Source: Eubacteriales bacterium
Lineage (GTDB): Bacteria; Bacillota; Clostridia; Oscillospirales; CAG-272
Direction: 5' to 3'
DNA length: 36,958 nt
Assembly: GCA_045636245.1 (NCBI GenBank)
Contig: JAZTXA010000146.1
Coordinates: 1 to 36,958 of the forward strand
Shown piece by piece: positions 25,060 to 33,352 of the stretch. Within the stretch, counting starts at the first letter, position 1, and each line of letters begins with the position of its first letter. The position numbers and the translations under genes are program-made. Under the pieces are notes generated by a model. The model saw nothing but the letters and a program-made list of their open reading frames with translations, did not search any database and was not told where the DNA came from.

Positions 25060-25146
25060 TGGTGCCGGTGGCGGGGGTCGAACCCGCACGGTATCGCTAC
25101 CACTGGATTTTGAGTCCAGCACGTCTGCCAATTCCATCACACCGGC
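25060..25146 (-). tRNA. tRNA-Leu (anticodon CAA), class II with long variable arm, encoded CCA
   Basis: The reverse complement reads GCCGGTGTGATGGAATTGGCAGACGTGCTGGACTCAAAATCCAGTGGTAGCGATACCGTGCGGGTTCGACCCCCGCCACCGGCACCA. Acceptor stem GCCGGTG/CACCGGC, anticodon loop CTCAAAA, T-arm GCGGG-TTCGACC-CCCGC. Confidence 0.95.
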
Positions 25147-25157
25147 GTACCTTTGTT

Positions 25158-25186
25158 ATAATATCACATATTAATGATTTTTGCAA
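25158..25186 (-). promoter_or_regulatory. Promoter of tRNA-Leu
   Basis: On the minus strand: TTGCAA (25181-25186), a 17-nt spacer, then TATTAT (25158-25163), about 11 nt upstream of the mature 5' end. Confidence 0.5.
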
Positions 25187-25236
25187 GATGTTTTTCAAAA
25201 TTTTTTTGCTTTTTACAATTTTTTAAAATTCTGACT

Positions 25237-25281
25237 TTACATATAAGTTTACAGATAATTTGACAGATGACTTGACAGATG
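25237..25281 (+). promoter_or_regulatory. Four 12-bp-phased direct repeats TT(T/G)ACA(G/T)AT overlapping the nadA -35 (candidate NiaR operator)
   Basis: ACATAT at 25239, then ACAGAT at 25251, 25263 and 25275. The block begins TTTACA and ends TGTAAA. Confidence 0.4.
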
Positions 25282-25300
25282 TAAAATTTTGTGGTACAAT
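25272..25300 (+). promoter_or_regulatory. Promoter of nadABC-niaR
   Basis: TTGACA (25272-25277), a 17-nt spacer, then TACAAT (25295-25300). Confidence 0.6.
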
Positions 25301-25342
25301 ATCGACAATTTAAATCATTTTATCCGAAATGGAAAGAAAATT

Positions 25343-26254
25343 ATGACAAGTGATATTTTAAATGAGATAATAGATCTCAAAAAAGAAAAAAATGCGGTGA
25401 TACTTGCGCATTACTATGCACCCGATGAAATACAGTCGGTTGCAGATTACGTAGGAGATTCGTTCTACCTTGCCAAAACAGCGGAAAAGATTCCGGAAAA
25501 TCTTATCGTTTTCTGCGGTGTCGGTTTTATGGCGGAGAGTGTGAAGATAATAAATCCCGAAAAAACAGTTCTTGTGCCCGATATAAGCGCTGACTGTGCG
25601 ATGGCGCATATGGCATCGGTGGAAAAGATTAAAGAGTTAAGAGCAAAATACGATGACTTGGCTGTCGTATGCTACATAAATTCAACTGCTGAACTTAAGT
25701 GCCACAGTGACATTTGCGTTACTTCATCAAATGCGGTGAAGATAGTAAAGAATTTACCGAACAAAAATATTTTCTTTATCCCTGACAAAAATCTCGGCGG
25801 ATATGTTGCAGAACAAGTACCGGAAAAAAATATAATTTTAAATGACGGCTACTGTCCTGTACATGCCGCACTTTCGGTTGATTCTCTGAAGAAAACGATA
25901 GAAGCACATCCAAATGCACAGGTTTTGACACACCCCGAATGTGAAAGGGAAATACTTGAGCTTTCCGATTACATCGGAAGCACTGCAGATATATTAAAGT
26001 ATGCCTATGAAAGTGAGTGCAAAGAATTTATCATTTGTACCGAGGACGGTGTAGAATATCCTTTGCAGCAAAACAACCCCGGAAAGAAATTTTACTTTGC
26101 GGGTGAAGATTTCAAATGTATGGATATGAAGCTGAATACACCCGAAAAGCTGTTGTATGTTTTAAAAGCGGGCGAAAACGAAATAAAGGTAGACGAAACG
26201 AAAAGGGAAAAAGCACTTTTGCCCTTAAAGCGGATGCTTGAAAGTGCAAAATAA
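25343..26254 (+). CDS. nadA: Quinolinate synthase
   Basis: ORF trimmed to MTSDILNEIIDLKKEKNAVILAHYY. 303 aa. The three conserved Cys contexts are present (FCGVGFMAE, YINSTAE, CPVH). Confidence 0.9.
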   Translation: MTSDILNEIIDLKKEKNAVILAHYYAPDEIQSVADYVGDSFYLAKTAEKIPENLIVFCGVGFMAESVKIINPEKTVLVPDISADCAMAHMASVEKIKELRAKYDDLAVVCYINSTAELKCHSDICVTSSNAVKIVKNLPNKNIFFIPDKNLGGYVAEQVPEKNIILNDGYCPVHAALSVDSLKKTIEAHPNAQVLTHPECEREILELSDYIGSTADILKYAYESECKEFIICTEDGVEYPLQQNNPGKKFYFAGEDFKCMDMKLNTPEKLLYVLKAGENEIKVDETKREKALLPLKRMLESAK

Positions 26255-26264
26255 CGGAGAAAAT

Positions 26265-27539
26265 ATGAAAGCCGATATTGTAATTGTCGGATGCGGGGTA
26301 AGCGGTCTGTACTTTGCCCTGAATCTTCCGAGAGACAAAAAAATACTAATGATAACGAAGGATGATGAAGAAAACAGCGATTCCTTTCTGGCGCAAGGCG
26401 GTATATGCGTTCTTAAAGACAAGGACGATTATGATTCGTTTTTCGAAGATACGATGCGTGCAGGTCATTATGAAAACAGGAAAGAATCTGTTGACATAAT
26501 GATACGATCCTCACGCGGTGTTATAAATGACCTTATTTCATACGGCGTTGATTTTGAAAAGGAAAACGGTGAGCTTGCCTACACAAAAGAAGGCGCCCAC
26601 ACCAAAAACAGAATACTTTTCCATAAGGATGAAACGGGTAAGGAGATAACAAAAAATCTTTTAAAGGCGGTCAAAAAGCTTGACAATGTCACGCTCAAAG
26701 AACACTCTGCAATGGTCGATATAATCGAAAATGACGGCGAATGTGCAGGTATTGTTTACCGCGATGAAAAAGGGAATTATAAAACTGTTTACGCAGATTA
26801 CACAATGCTTGCAACAGGCGGTATAGGAGGACTTTTTGAACATTCCACAAACTTCCCCCACTTGACGGGAGATGCCTTGGCAATTGCGCTCAAGCACGGT
26901 GTTAAGCTTAAAAATATAGACTATATACAGATACACCCCACTACGCTTTATACAAAGAAAAAGAACGGACGGGATTTCCTTATTTCCGAATCCGTCAGAG
27001 GCGAGGGTGCAGTGCTTTTGAATGAAAAGGGCGAGCGCTTTGTAAATGAGCTTTTACCGAGAGATGTTGTTGCAAATGCGATATTTGAGGAAATGGCAAA
27101 GACGGGGGCTGAACACGTGTGGCTTTCAATGGCTCCGATACCGAAAGAGGAAATAGAAAGCCATTTTCCGAATATTTGCGCAAAATGCCTTGAAGAAGGG
27201 TATGATGTAACAAAGGAGCCTATACCCGTTGTACCCGCACAGCATTACTTTATGGGCGGTATATACGTTGATAAATACAGCAAAACATCGATGAACAGGC
27301 TGTATTCATCCGGTGAAACGGCTTGTAACGGTGTACACGGTAAAAACAGACTTGCAAGCAATTCGCTTCTTGAAAGTCTTGTGTTTGCAAAACGTGCCGC
27401 ACAGAGGATAACTAAAACATATACAAAGGCTGAACATGTAAAGCAGATAATTGACTTTTCCGTTTATGACGGCTGTGATGAAGAATACAGAAAAACCGTA
27501 CTTGATGCGATAGAAAGTGAGAAGAAAAAACATGAATGA
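26265..27539 (+). CDS. nadB: L-aspartate oxidase
   Basis: Trimmed to MKADIVIVGCGVSGLY (FAD GxGxxG). AQGGI, RGEGAVL and HYFMGGI motifs. GGAG RBS. Confidence 0.9.
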   Translation: MKADIVIVGCGVSGLYFALNLPRDKKILMITKDDEENSDSFLAQGGICVLKDKDDYDSFFEDTMRAGHYENRKESVDIMIRSSRGVINDLISYGVDFEKENGELAYTKEGAHTKNRILFHKDETGKEITKNLLKAVKKLDNVTLKEHSAMVDIIENDGECAGIVYRDEKGNYKTVYADYTMLATGGIGGLFEHSTNFPHLTGDALAIALKHGVKLKNIDYIQIHPTTLYTKKKNGRDFLISESVRGEGAVLLNEKGERFVNELLPRDVVANAIFEEMAKTGAEHVWLSMAPIPKEEIESHFPNICAKCLEEGYDVTKEPIPVVPAQHYFMGGIYVDKYSKTSMNRLYSSGETACNGVHGKNRLASNSLLESLVFAKRAAQRITKTYTKAEHVKQIIDFSVYDGCDEEYRKTVLDAIESEKKKHE

Positions 27540-28383
27540 AATAACAATGATGATGAATGCCGATGAGCTTATTTTAAGCGCTCTGAGAGAAGATATAACA
27601 AGTGAGGATATCACGACAAATTCCGTAATGCGTGAATATCAAAAGGGCGAGGTTGAGCTTATTTGTAAGCAGGACGGTGTGCTTGCAGGGATAAGCGTTT
27701 TCAAAAGAGTTTTTGAGCTTCTTGATAAAAATACCGAATTTGAGTTTTATTTTAAGGACGGGGATGAGGTCAAGAACAAAGATAAGATCGGTGTTATAAG
27801 AGGTGATATACGTGTGCTTTTGTCGGGTGAGCGAGTTGCCCTCAACTATTTACAGCGTATGTCTGGTGTGGCAACTTATACACGCGGTGTTGCAAAGCTT
27901 CTTGAAGGTACAAAAACAAAGCTGCTTGATACAAGAAAAACGACACCGAATATGCGTGTGTTTGAAAAGTATTCCGTCAAGGTGGGCGGAGGTTATAACC
28001 ACAGATATAATTTAAGCGACGGTATCCTTTTGAAGGATAACCACATTGGCGCTGCAGGCAGTATCACAAAGGCGGTGCAGATGGCAAAGGAATATGCACC
28101 CTTTGTAAGAAAAATCGAAATTGAGGTTGAAAACCTTGAAATGTTTAAAGAAGCGCTTGAGGCGGGCGCTGACATAATTATGCTTGACAATATGAGTCCC
28201 GAGGATATGAAAGAGGCTGTAAAGCTTGCAAAAGGAAGAGCCGAAACGGAGTGCAGCGGTAACGTCACAAAAGAAAATATCAAGCGCCTGACGGATATTG
28301 GTGTTGACTATATTTCAAGCGGTGCGTTGACACATTCATCGCCTATACTTGACCTTTCGCTTAAAAATCTCCATGTGATATAA
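27532..28383 (+). CDS. nadC: Nicotinate-nucleotide pyrophosphorylase (quinolinate phosphoribosyltransferase)
   Basis: Motifs ALREDITSEDITT, LSGERVALNYLQRMSG, TRKTTPN, IMLDNM and SSGALTHS. The start overlaps the nadB stop (ATGAATGA). Confidence 0.9.
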   Translation: MNEITMMMNADELILSALREDITSEDITTNSVMREYQKGEVELICKQDGVLAGISVFKRVFELLDKNTEFEFYFKDGDEVKNKDKIGVIRGDIRVLLSGERVALNYLQRMSGVATYTRGVAKLLEGTKTKLLDTRKTTPNMRVFEKYSVKVGGGYNHRYNLSDGILLKDNHIGAAGSITKAVQMAKEYAPFVRKIEIEVENLEMFKEALEAGADIIMLDNMSPEDMKEAVKLAKGRAETECSGNVTKENIKRLTDIGVDYISSGALTHSSPILDLSLKNLHVI

Positions 28384-28394
28384 GGGGAATGTGA

Positions 28395-28910
28395 ATGAAA
28401 GCAGAAACAAGAAGAAAAGAGATAATATCCCGCCTTATATCGGAAAACGGACCCGTTTCGGGCAGTGAGCTTGCCGAGGTGCTTGATGTTTCAAGACAGA
28501 TAATAGTTCACGATATTGCGATATTGAAGGCGGCAGGATATGAGATACTGTCAACCCACAGCGGTTATATTTTAAATGAAACACCCAAGGCTGAACGCGC
28601 GTTCAAGGTGCGCCACACAAGCGAGAGAACTGAAGAGGAGCTTTCCTTGATCATCGATATGGGCGGTACAGTTGACGATGTGTTTGTTTGGCATAAGGTG
28701 TACGGAAAGGTACAGGCAAAGCTCAATATTTTTTCAAAACGCGGTATTGAGCAGTTTATTGACGGCATAAACAGCGGACGCTCGACGGAGCTTATGAACA
28801 TTACCGATGGATATCACTATCATACGGTAAAGGCGGACAGTAACGAAACGCTCGATAAAATAGAAAAGGAATTGAAAGCCCGCGGTCTTCTCGTCCCCGA
28901 GGTTGAATAA
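28395..28910 (+). CDS. niaR: NAD-biosynthesis transcriptional repressor NiaR (YrxA type; HTH + 3H domain)
   Basis: 171 aa. N-terminal HTH (RRKEIISRL...SGSELAEVLDVSRQIIVHDI). C-terminal His-containing 3H domain (VRHTSE..., VWHKVYG, GYHYHTV). It is the last gene of the nad operon. Confidence 0.85.
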   Translation: MKAETRRKEIISRLISENGPVSGSELAEVLDVSRQIIVHDIAILKAAGYEILSTHSGYILNETPKAERAFKVRHTSERTEEELSLIIDMGGTVDDVFVWHKVYGKVQAKLNIFSKRGIEQFIDGINSGRSTELMNITDGYHYHTVKADSNETLDKIEKELKARGLLVPEVE

Positions 28911-28936
28911 AATTCAATATAAAAATAAAAAAATGC

Positions 28937-28965
28937 TTGACAAATGGCATATTTTATGATAGAAT
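28937..28965 (+). promoter_or_regulatory. Promoter of rplS
   Basis: TTGACA (28937-28942), a 17-nt spacer, then TAGAAT (28960-28965) with TG at 28957-28958. Confidence 0.6.
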
Positions 28966-28971
28966 TGCTTT

Positions 28972-29060
28972 GTTTGTGGGTTTGTCCTTACTCGCAAACC
29001 GTCAGGGCAGTCCGCCGGCGAATAGCGCCGTGAATGCGCGGAGATTATTTATTTTGGAGG
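28972..29060 (+). ncRNA. Structured 5' leader, probably the Firmicute L19 ribosomal-protein leader
   Basis: About 95 nt of GC-rich leader with stems GGTTTG/CAAACC and CGGCG-aata-CGCCG, between a strong promoter and the rplS RBS. The family assignment is by context only. Confidence 0.45.
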
Positions 29061-29069
29061 TCCATAAAA

Positions 29070-29414
29070 ATGGATTTGTTAAAGGCATTTGTTGCAGATC
29101 AGCTCAAGGCTGACGCTCCCAAAGTTGAAATCGGTGACACCGTACGTGTTCACAACAAGATCGTTGAAGGTTCCAGAACAAGAACTCAGATCTTCGAAGG
29201 CACAGTTATCGCAAAGCGTAACAGCGGTATTTCCGAAACATTTACCGTAAGAAGAATCGCATACGGTGTAGGCGTTGAAAAGACGTTTAACCTGCATTCT
29301 CCCACAGTTGAAAAGGTTGAGACCATAAGACTCGGTAAAGTAAGACGTGCTAAGCTTTACTATCTCCGTGATAGAGTAGGTAAGGCAGCCAAAACTAAGG
29401 AACAGGTAAGATAA
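29070..29414 (+). CDS. rplS: 50S ribosomal protein L19
   Basis: Trimmed to [39 protein letters not shown]..., and [17 protein letters not shown]. Confidence 0.95.
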   Translation: MDLLKAFVADQLKADAPKVEIGDTVRVHNKIVEGSRTRTQIFEGTVIAKRNSGISETFTVRRIAYGVGVEKTFNLHSPTVEKVETIRLGKVRRAKLYYLRDRVGKAAKTKEQVR

Positions 29415-29415
29415 T

Positions 29416-29448
29416 CAAAAGAACTGCGGTAATACCGCAGTTCTTTTG
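29416..29448. terminator. Bidirectional intrinsic terminator
   Basis: CAAAAGAACTGCGGT-aat-ACCGCAGTTCTTTTG, between convergent rplS and nadK. Confidence 0.85.
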
Positions 29449-29451
29449 ATT

Positions 29452-30273
29452 TTAAAGTAATGACGTATTGTGTAATTTTTCGTTATTAACAAAGCTGCAG
29501 CGGTCGTTCACAAGAAGTGTAAGATCGGCCGCGGCTTTTTTAACCGTTATTCGCGACTTTACCTCGCCGTACTGTATACCGTCACAGTATATGTAAGCGG
29601 GATTATTTGTGTTATCGGAAACACTTACATTGAGCGTACAAGTATCGGGGACTACCATTGTTCTTGCATCCGATAAATGAGGACAAATGGGGGTTACAGC
29701 AAAGCACCTGCTGTCAGGAAGAAGCACAGGACCTCCCGCGGAAAAATTGTAAGAGGTAGAACCCGTGGGCGTTGAAATTATAACGCCGTCGCCTCGGAAG
29801 GACATAAGGGGTTTGCCGTCGCACAGAACATCTATCTTTATAACGGAGCCGTAATTTCCCTTGGCAACCACGATGTCGTTTAATGCAACTTCGCTTTTTT
29901 CGCCGTCATCAAAGCAAACCGTGCTTCTTTGCGACTTTATGAGATTTTTGACTGATTCAGGTGTTATATCCTTTGATGAGTCAAGCTCATATGCGCAAAG
30001 ATAGCCAAGCCGTCCTCCGTTTATGCCGAGCAGAGGCTTATTATATTCAAGTGCCGTTTTGGCTGCATTAAGTACCGCACCGTCACCGCCGACAGAAACT
30101 ATAATATCAGCGGTGTCCGGTGATATTGTATGCTCCTCGTTTTTGAAAAGTGTTATGGAATCCTCTTTTGAAAAATAACATTCAAATCCGTTTTGGACAA
30201 GCGATGCTATACATAAATGAGAGGATCTTATATATCTTTCTTTTGAAAGATTTGGGCAAATATAAAGCTTCAT
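29452..30273 (-). CDS. nadK: NAD kinase
   Basis: Trimmed to MKLYICPN. GGDGAVL, INGGRLGYL and STPTGSTSYNFSAGGP motifs. The start lies 1 nt after the nfnB stop. Confidence 0.85.
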   Translation of the reverse strand: MKLYICPNLSKERYIRSSHLCIASLVQNGFECYFSKEDSITLFKNEEHTISPDTADIIVSVGGDGAVLNAAKTALEYNKPLLGINGGRLGYLCAYELDSSKDITPESVKNLIKSQRSTVCFDDGEKSEVALNDIVVAKGNYGSVIKIDVLCDGKPLMSFRGDGVIISTPTGSTSYNFSAGGPVLLPDSRCFAVTPICPHLSDARTMVVPDTCTLNVSVSDNTNNPAYIYCDGIQYGEVKSRITVKKAAADLTLLVNDRCSFVNNEKLHNTSLL

Positions 30274-30274
30274 A

Positions 30275-31684
30275 TCATTTATTCTTAAGGTATTCGTCAA
30301 TGGCATGTGCCGCTTTTTTGCCCGCACCCATTGCTGAAATAACAGTTGCGGCACCCGTTACGGCATCGCCGCCTGCGTAGACAGCGTCTTTTGATGTAAG
30401 CCCGTCTTCGTTGACGACAATACCTCCGCGCTGGTTTACCTCAAGTCCTTTTGTTGTGTCTTTGATAAGGGGATTCGGAGATGTTCCTATCGACATTATT
30501 ACTGTGTCAACATCAAGAGAAAATTCCGAATTTTCTACGGGAATGGGCTTCCGCCTGCCTTTTTCATCAGGCTCACCCAATTCCATTTTTATACATTTTA
30601 TAGCCTTTACAAAACCGTTTTTAGGGTCTTTCGGGTTGTTTTCGTTTTTGTATCCTTCAATCTCAACGGGATTGCAAAGAAGACGGAATTCTATTCCTTC
30701 CTCCTCTGCATGCTCAACCTCTTCACGTCTTGCGGGAAGCTCATCCATACTTCTTCTGTATATAATATATACCTTTTCGGCACCGAGCCTCAAAGCTGTT
30801 CTTGCCGCATCCATCGCGACATTTCCGCCGCCGACAACGGCAACACGACCGCCCTTCATAATGGGCGTGTCGGGATTTGAGCGATACGCTTTCATAAGGT
30901 TGCTGCGGGTTAAAAATTCATTTGCCGAATACACACCCTTGAGTGATTCACCCGGTATATTCATAAAGTTCGGAAGTCCTGCACCCGATCCGATAAATAC
31001 AGCTTCAAAGCCCATATCAAAAAGCTCGTCAACCGTCAGCGTTTTTCCGATGATGACGTTTGTTTCTATCTTTACGCCGAGGGATTTCAGTGTGTCGATC
31101 TCCTTCTGAACTATTGACTTCGGAAGCCTGAACTCGGGAATACCGTAGACAAGTACACCTCCGGGTGTATGAAGTGCCTCATATACCGTTACGTCATATC
31201 CTTTTTTGGCAAGGTCACCCGCACATGTGAGTCCCGATGGACCCGAGCCGACAATGGCAACTCTTTTGCCGTTTGGTGTCGGTTTTTCCGGAGCATCGCC
31301 ATCGTTTTCATTATGAAAGTCAGCGGCAAATCTTTCAAGTCTGCCTATGCCTACAGGTTCAAATTTTATACCGAGTGTGCAGTGCTTTTCGCATTGGGAT
31401 TCCTGCGGACACACTCTTCCGCACACGGCGGGGAGCGATGAGGATTCGGTAATGCACTTATATGCACTCTCAATATCATCATTTTTTATATAATCGATAA
31501 ATCCGGGAATGTCGATGTTTACAGGACAACCCTTTACGCAAGGCTTATTTTTGCAGTTGAGACAGCGAGCTGCCTCTGCTTTTGCCATATCGTATGTGTA
31601 GCCGAGTGCCACTTCGTCAAAGTTATGCGCCCTTTCTTCGGGTGACTGTGTCGGCATCGGATTCTTTTTTGGATCAATAGCCAC
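30275..31684 (-). CDS. nfnB: NADPH-dependent glutamate-synthase-small-chain homologue; NfnB-type subunit of NADH-dependent reduced ferredoxin:NADP+ oxidoreductase
   Basis: 469 aa with a GTG start. N-terminal 2x[4Fe-4S]-type Cys (CLNCKNKPCVKGCP, CGRVCPQESQCEKHC). Two Rossmann motifs (VAIVGSGPSGL, VAVVGGGNVAMD). Confidence 0.75.
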   Translation of the reverse strand: MAIDPKKNPMPTQSPEERAHNFDEVALGYTYDMAKAEAARCLNCKNKPCVKGCPVNIDIPGFIDYIKNDDIESAYKCITESSSLPAVCGRVCPQESQCEKHCTLGIKFEPVGIGRLERFAADFHNENDGDAPEKPTPNGKRVAIVGSGPSGLTCAGDLAKKGYDVTVYEALHTPGGVLVYGIPEFRLPKSIVQKEIDTLKSLGVKIETNVIIGKTLTVDELFDMGFEAVFIGSGAGLPNFMNIPGESLKGVYSANEFLTRSNLMKAYRSNPDTPIMKGGRVAVVGGGNVAMDAARTALRLGAEKVYIIYRRSMDELPARREEVEHAEEEGIEFRLLCNPVEIEGYKNENNPKDPKNGFVKAIKCIKMELGEPDEKGRRKPIPVENSEFSLDVDTVIMSIGTSPNPLIKDTTKGLEVNQRGGIVVNEDGLTSKDAVYAGGDAVTGAATVISAMGAGKKAAHAIDEYLKNK

Positions 31685-32545
31685 TTAAAATTCCCCCTCG
31701 GATCTTTTCAAAAGATTACATGTGTCTTCGTATGCGTGATGTTCAAAGTCAGAATACATGCGGCTTCGCGACATTGCCTCGTCAAAATCTACCTCATAAC
31801 CGTTGAAATCTGGACCGTCAACGCAGGCAAAGCTCGTCACACGCTTGCCGTCACGGCTTAAAGTGAGCCTACAGCCGCCGCACATTCCCGTTCCGTCGAT
31901 CATAATGGGATTCATAGATACTGTTACGGGGGTGTTGTAAGGGCGTGCTGTTTCGACGACAAATTTCATCATTACAAGCGGGCCTATGGTGATTATCATA
32001 TCGAATTTTTCACCTGACTCAAGAAGCTCCTTAAGCGGAAGCGTGACGTTTCCGCCACGTCCGTACGAGCCGTCATCAGTCATAACGGAAAGACTGTCAC
32101 AACAAGCTGAAAATTCTTCTTCAAGTATGAGTAAGTCTTTATTTCTGAAGCCTATAATTCCCGTTACCTCTGCCCCAAGCCTGTGAAATTCCTCGGCTAC
32201 AGGCAAAGCGATCGCACAGCCGACACCGCCGCCGACAATGCAGACCTTTTTAATACCGTCTGTGTGCGTGGGCACACCCAAAGGCCCTGCAAAATCTATT
32301 ATATATTCGCCTTCATTTTTCAAGTCAAGCTTTTTTGTTGTCGAGCCTACTATCTGAAATATTATTTTGACAGTTCCTCGGCTTTTGTCGGTGCCCGCAA
32401 CGGTAAGCGGTATTCTTTCGCCGTCTTCGTCAACACGCAGGATGATGAACTGTCCCGGCTTTGCTTTGTTTGCCACAAGCGGTGCTTCTATCTCCATCTG
32501 TGTAACGGTGGGATTAAGTGATTTTTTTGTTACTATTTTATACAT
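31685..32545 (-). CDS. nfnA: NfnA-type subunit (ferredoxin-NADP reductase-like; PyrK/sulfide dehydrogenase-like, [2Fe-2S])
   Basis: 286 aa. FIILRVDEDGERIPLT (FAD-binding barrel), VGGGVGCA, and C-terminal GTGMCGGCR...CVDGP. Confidence 0.75.
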   Translation of the reverse strand: MYKIVTKKSLNPTVTQMEIEAPLVANKAKPGQFIILRVDEDGERIPLTVAGTDKSRGTVKIIFQIVGSTTKKLDLKNEGEYIIDFAGPLGVPTHTDGIKKVCIVGGGVGCAIALPVAEEFHRLGAEVTGIIGFRNKDLLILEEEFSACCDSLSVMTDDGSYGRGGNVTLPLKELLESGEKFDMIITIGPLVMMKFVVETARPYNTPVTVSMNPIMIDGTGMCGGCRLTLSRDGKRVTSFACVDGPDFNGYEVDFDEAMSRSRMYSDFEHHAYEDTCNLLKRSEGEF

Positions 32546-32570
32546 CGTATGCCTCTTTGATGATGTGCTT

Positions 32571-33140
32571 TTATATTTTTAAAAGATCGCATGCCGCCGA
32601 CAGTATCTCGGAGTGGTCAAACGCCAAAGTTGTGTCGGTTGTATATACTGTGCATCCGTCTTTGATTTGAAATTCTATTTTTGTATCTTTGCGTGTCAAA
32701 GTCAAGGTATTATCTTCACGTGATATCTCGAACCATACTGCCTCTGCTGCGTCGTCACCCGCTTCCGGTTTTATGGGTGTTTTTCCGATGTATGCAAGAA
32801 ATGCATATGTAACCACCCAGCCGCGGGGATCACGTCCGGGTTTTGTAAACATATCTATCGGTGTTAAAGGGATATTTTCTATTTTCGTTTCCTCGTAAAG
32901 CTCGCGCAGGGCTGTTTCTTTTATAGTTTCATCGGGGTTTGCAAAGCCCCCGGGAAGAGCAAATGCACCCATAAACGGGTGGTTTTTACGTTTTATTAAA
33001 AGTATCTGCTTTTTTCCACATTCACCGTCTTTAAATATTGCAATATCAGCAGTCAGCGACGGACGTGGGTATTTTTCGGCAGAATAGTTTTTTAAAAATT
33101 CCGCCTCGGACAATGTTTTACCGTTTGAGTTTTCGTTCAT
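32571..33140 (-). CDS. NUDIX hydrolase (ADP-ribose pyrophosphatase / NrtR-Nudix-like)
   Basis: Nudix box GGFANPDETIKETALRELYEETKI. The N-terminal YPRPSLTADIAIF and C-terminal LAFDHSEIL resemble the NrtR/NadM-Nudix clade. The second ATG (MNENS) has better SD spacing; the ATG at 33149 is an alternative. Confidence 0.75.
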   Translation of the reverse strand: MNENSNGKTLSEAEFLKNYSAEKYPRPSLTADIAIFKDGECGKKQILLIKRKNHPFMGAFALPGGFANPDETIKETALRELYEETKIENIPLTPIDMFTKPGRDPRGWVVTYAFLAYIGKTPIKPEAGDDAAEAVWFEISREDNTLTLTRKDTKIEFQIKDGCTVYTTDTTLAFDHSEILSAACDLLKI

Positions 33141-33240
33141 TTTAATCATTTCTCCGCTTGTAAATACCGAAAATATGAAGTTCAGCTCCCCCGACGCACC
33201 GAACAGCGAAGCTGTTCAAAATTGTCAAAGACAATTTTCA

Positions 33241-33294
33241 AAAGAGGCGGGATGAAATTCATGCCGTTTTAATACATTTTGTACCCGCCTCTTT
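33241..33294 (-). terminator. Long-loop hairpin downstream of the adh gene (weak terminator candidate)
   Basis: AAAGAGGCGGG...CCCGCCTCTTT, an 11-bp stem with a 32-nt loop that has an inner ATGAAaTTCAT hairpin. A short T run follows on the minus strand. Confidence 0.35.
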
Positions 33295-33352
33295 GTGCGT
33301 CTGCATGGGCATTATCCCATAAAAGCACACGCACCTGAAGTGCGGTACAAAC

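Noticed and set aside
24900-25226. 108-aa ORF spanning the hairpin array and tRNA-Leu.
   Set aside because: It reads through a tRNA gene on the opposite strand, a terminator and repetitive hairpins. It is an artefact of the repeat structure.
24190-26254. A kynurenine-formamidase-like cyclase gene near nadA, which could link the tryptophan-to-NAD (kynurenine) pathway to the nad operon.
   Set aside because: The operon is the aspartate route (nadB/nadA). The cyclase gene is separated from it by a tRNA gene with its own promoter and terminator. No other kynurenine-pathway genes are present. Cyclase-family proteins are functionally diverse, so the proximity is probably coincidental.
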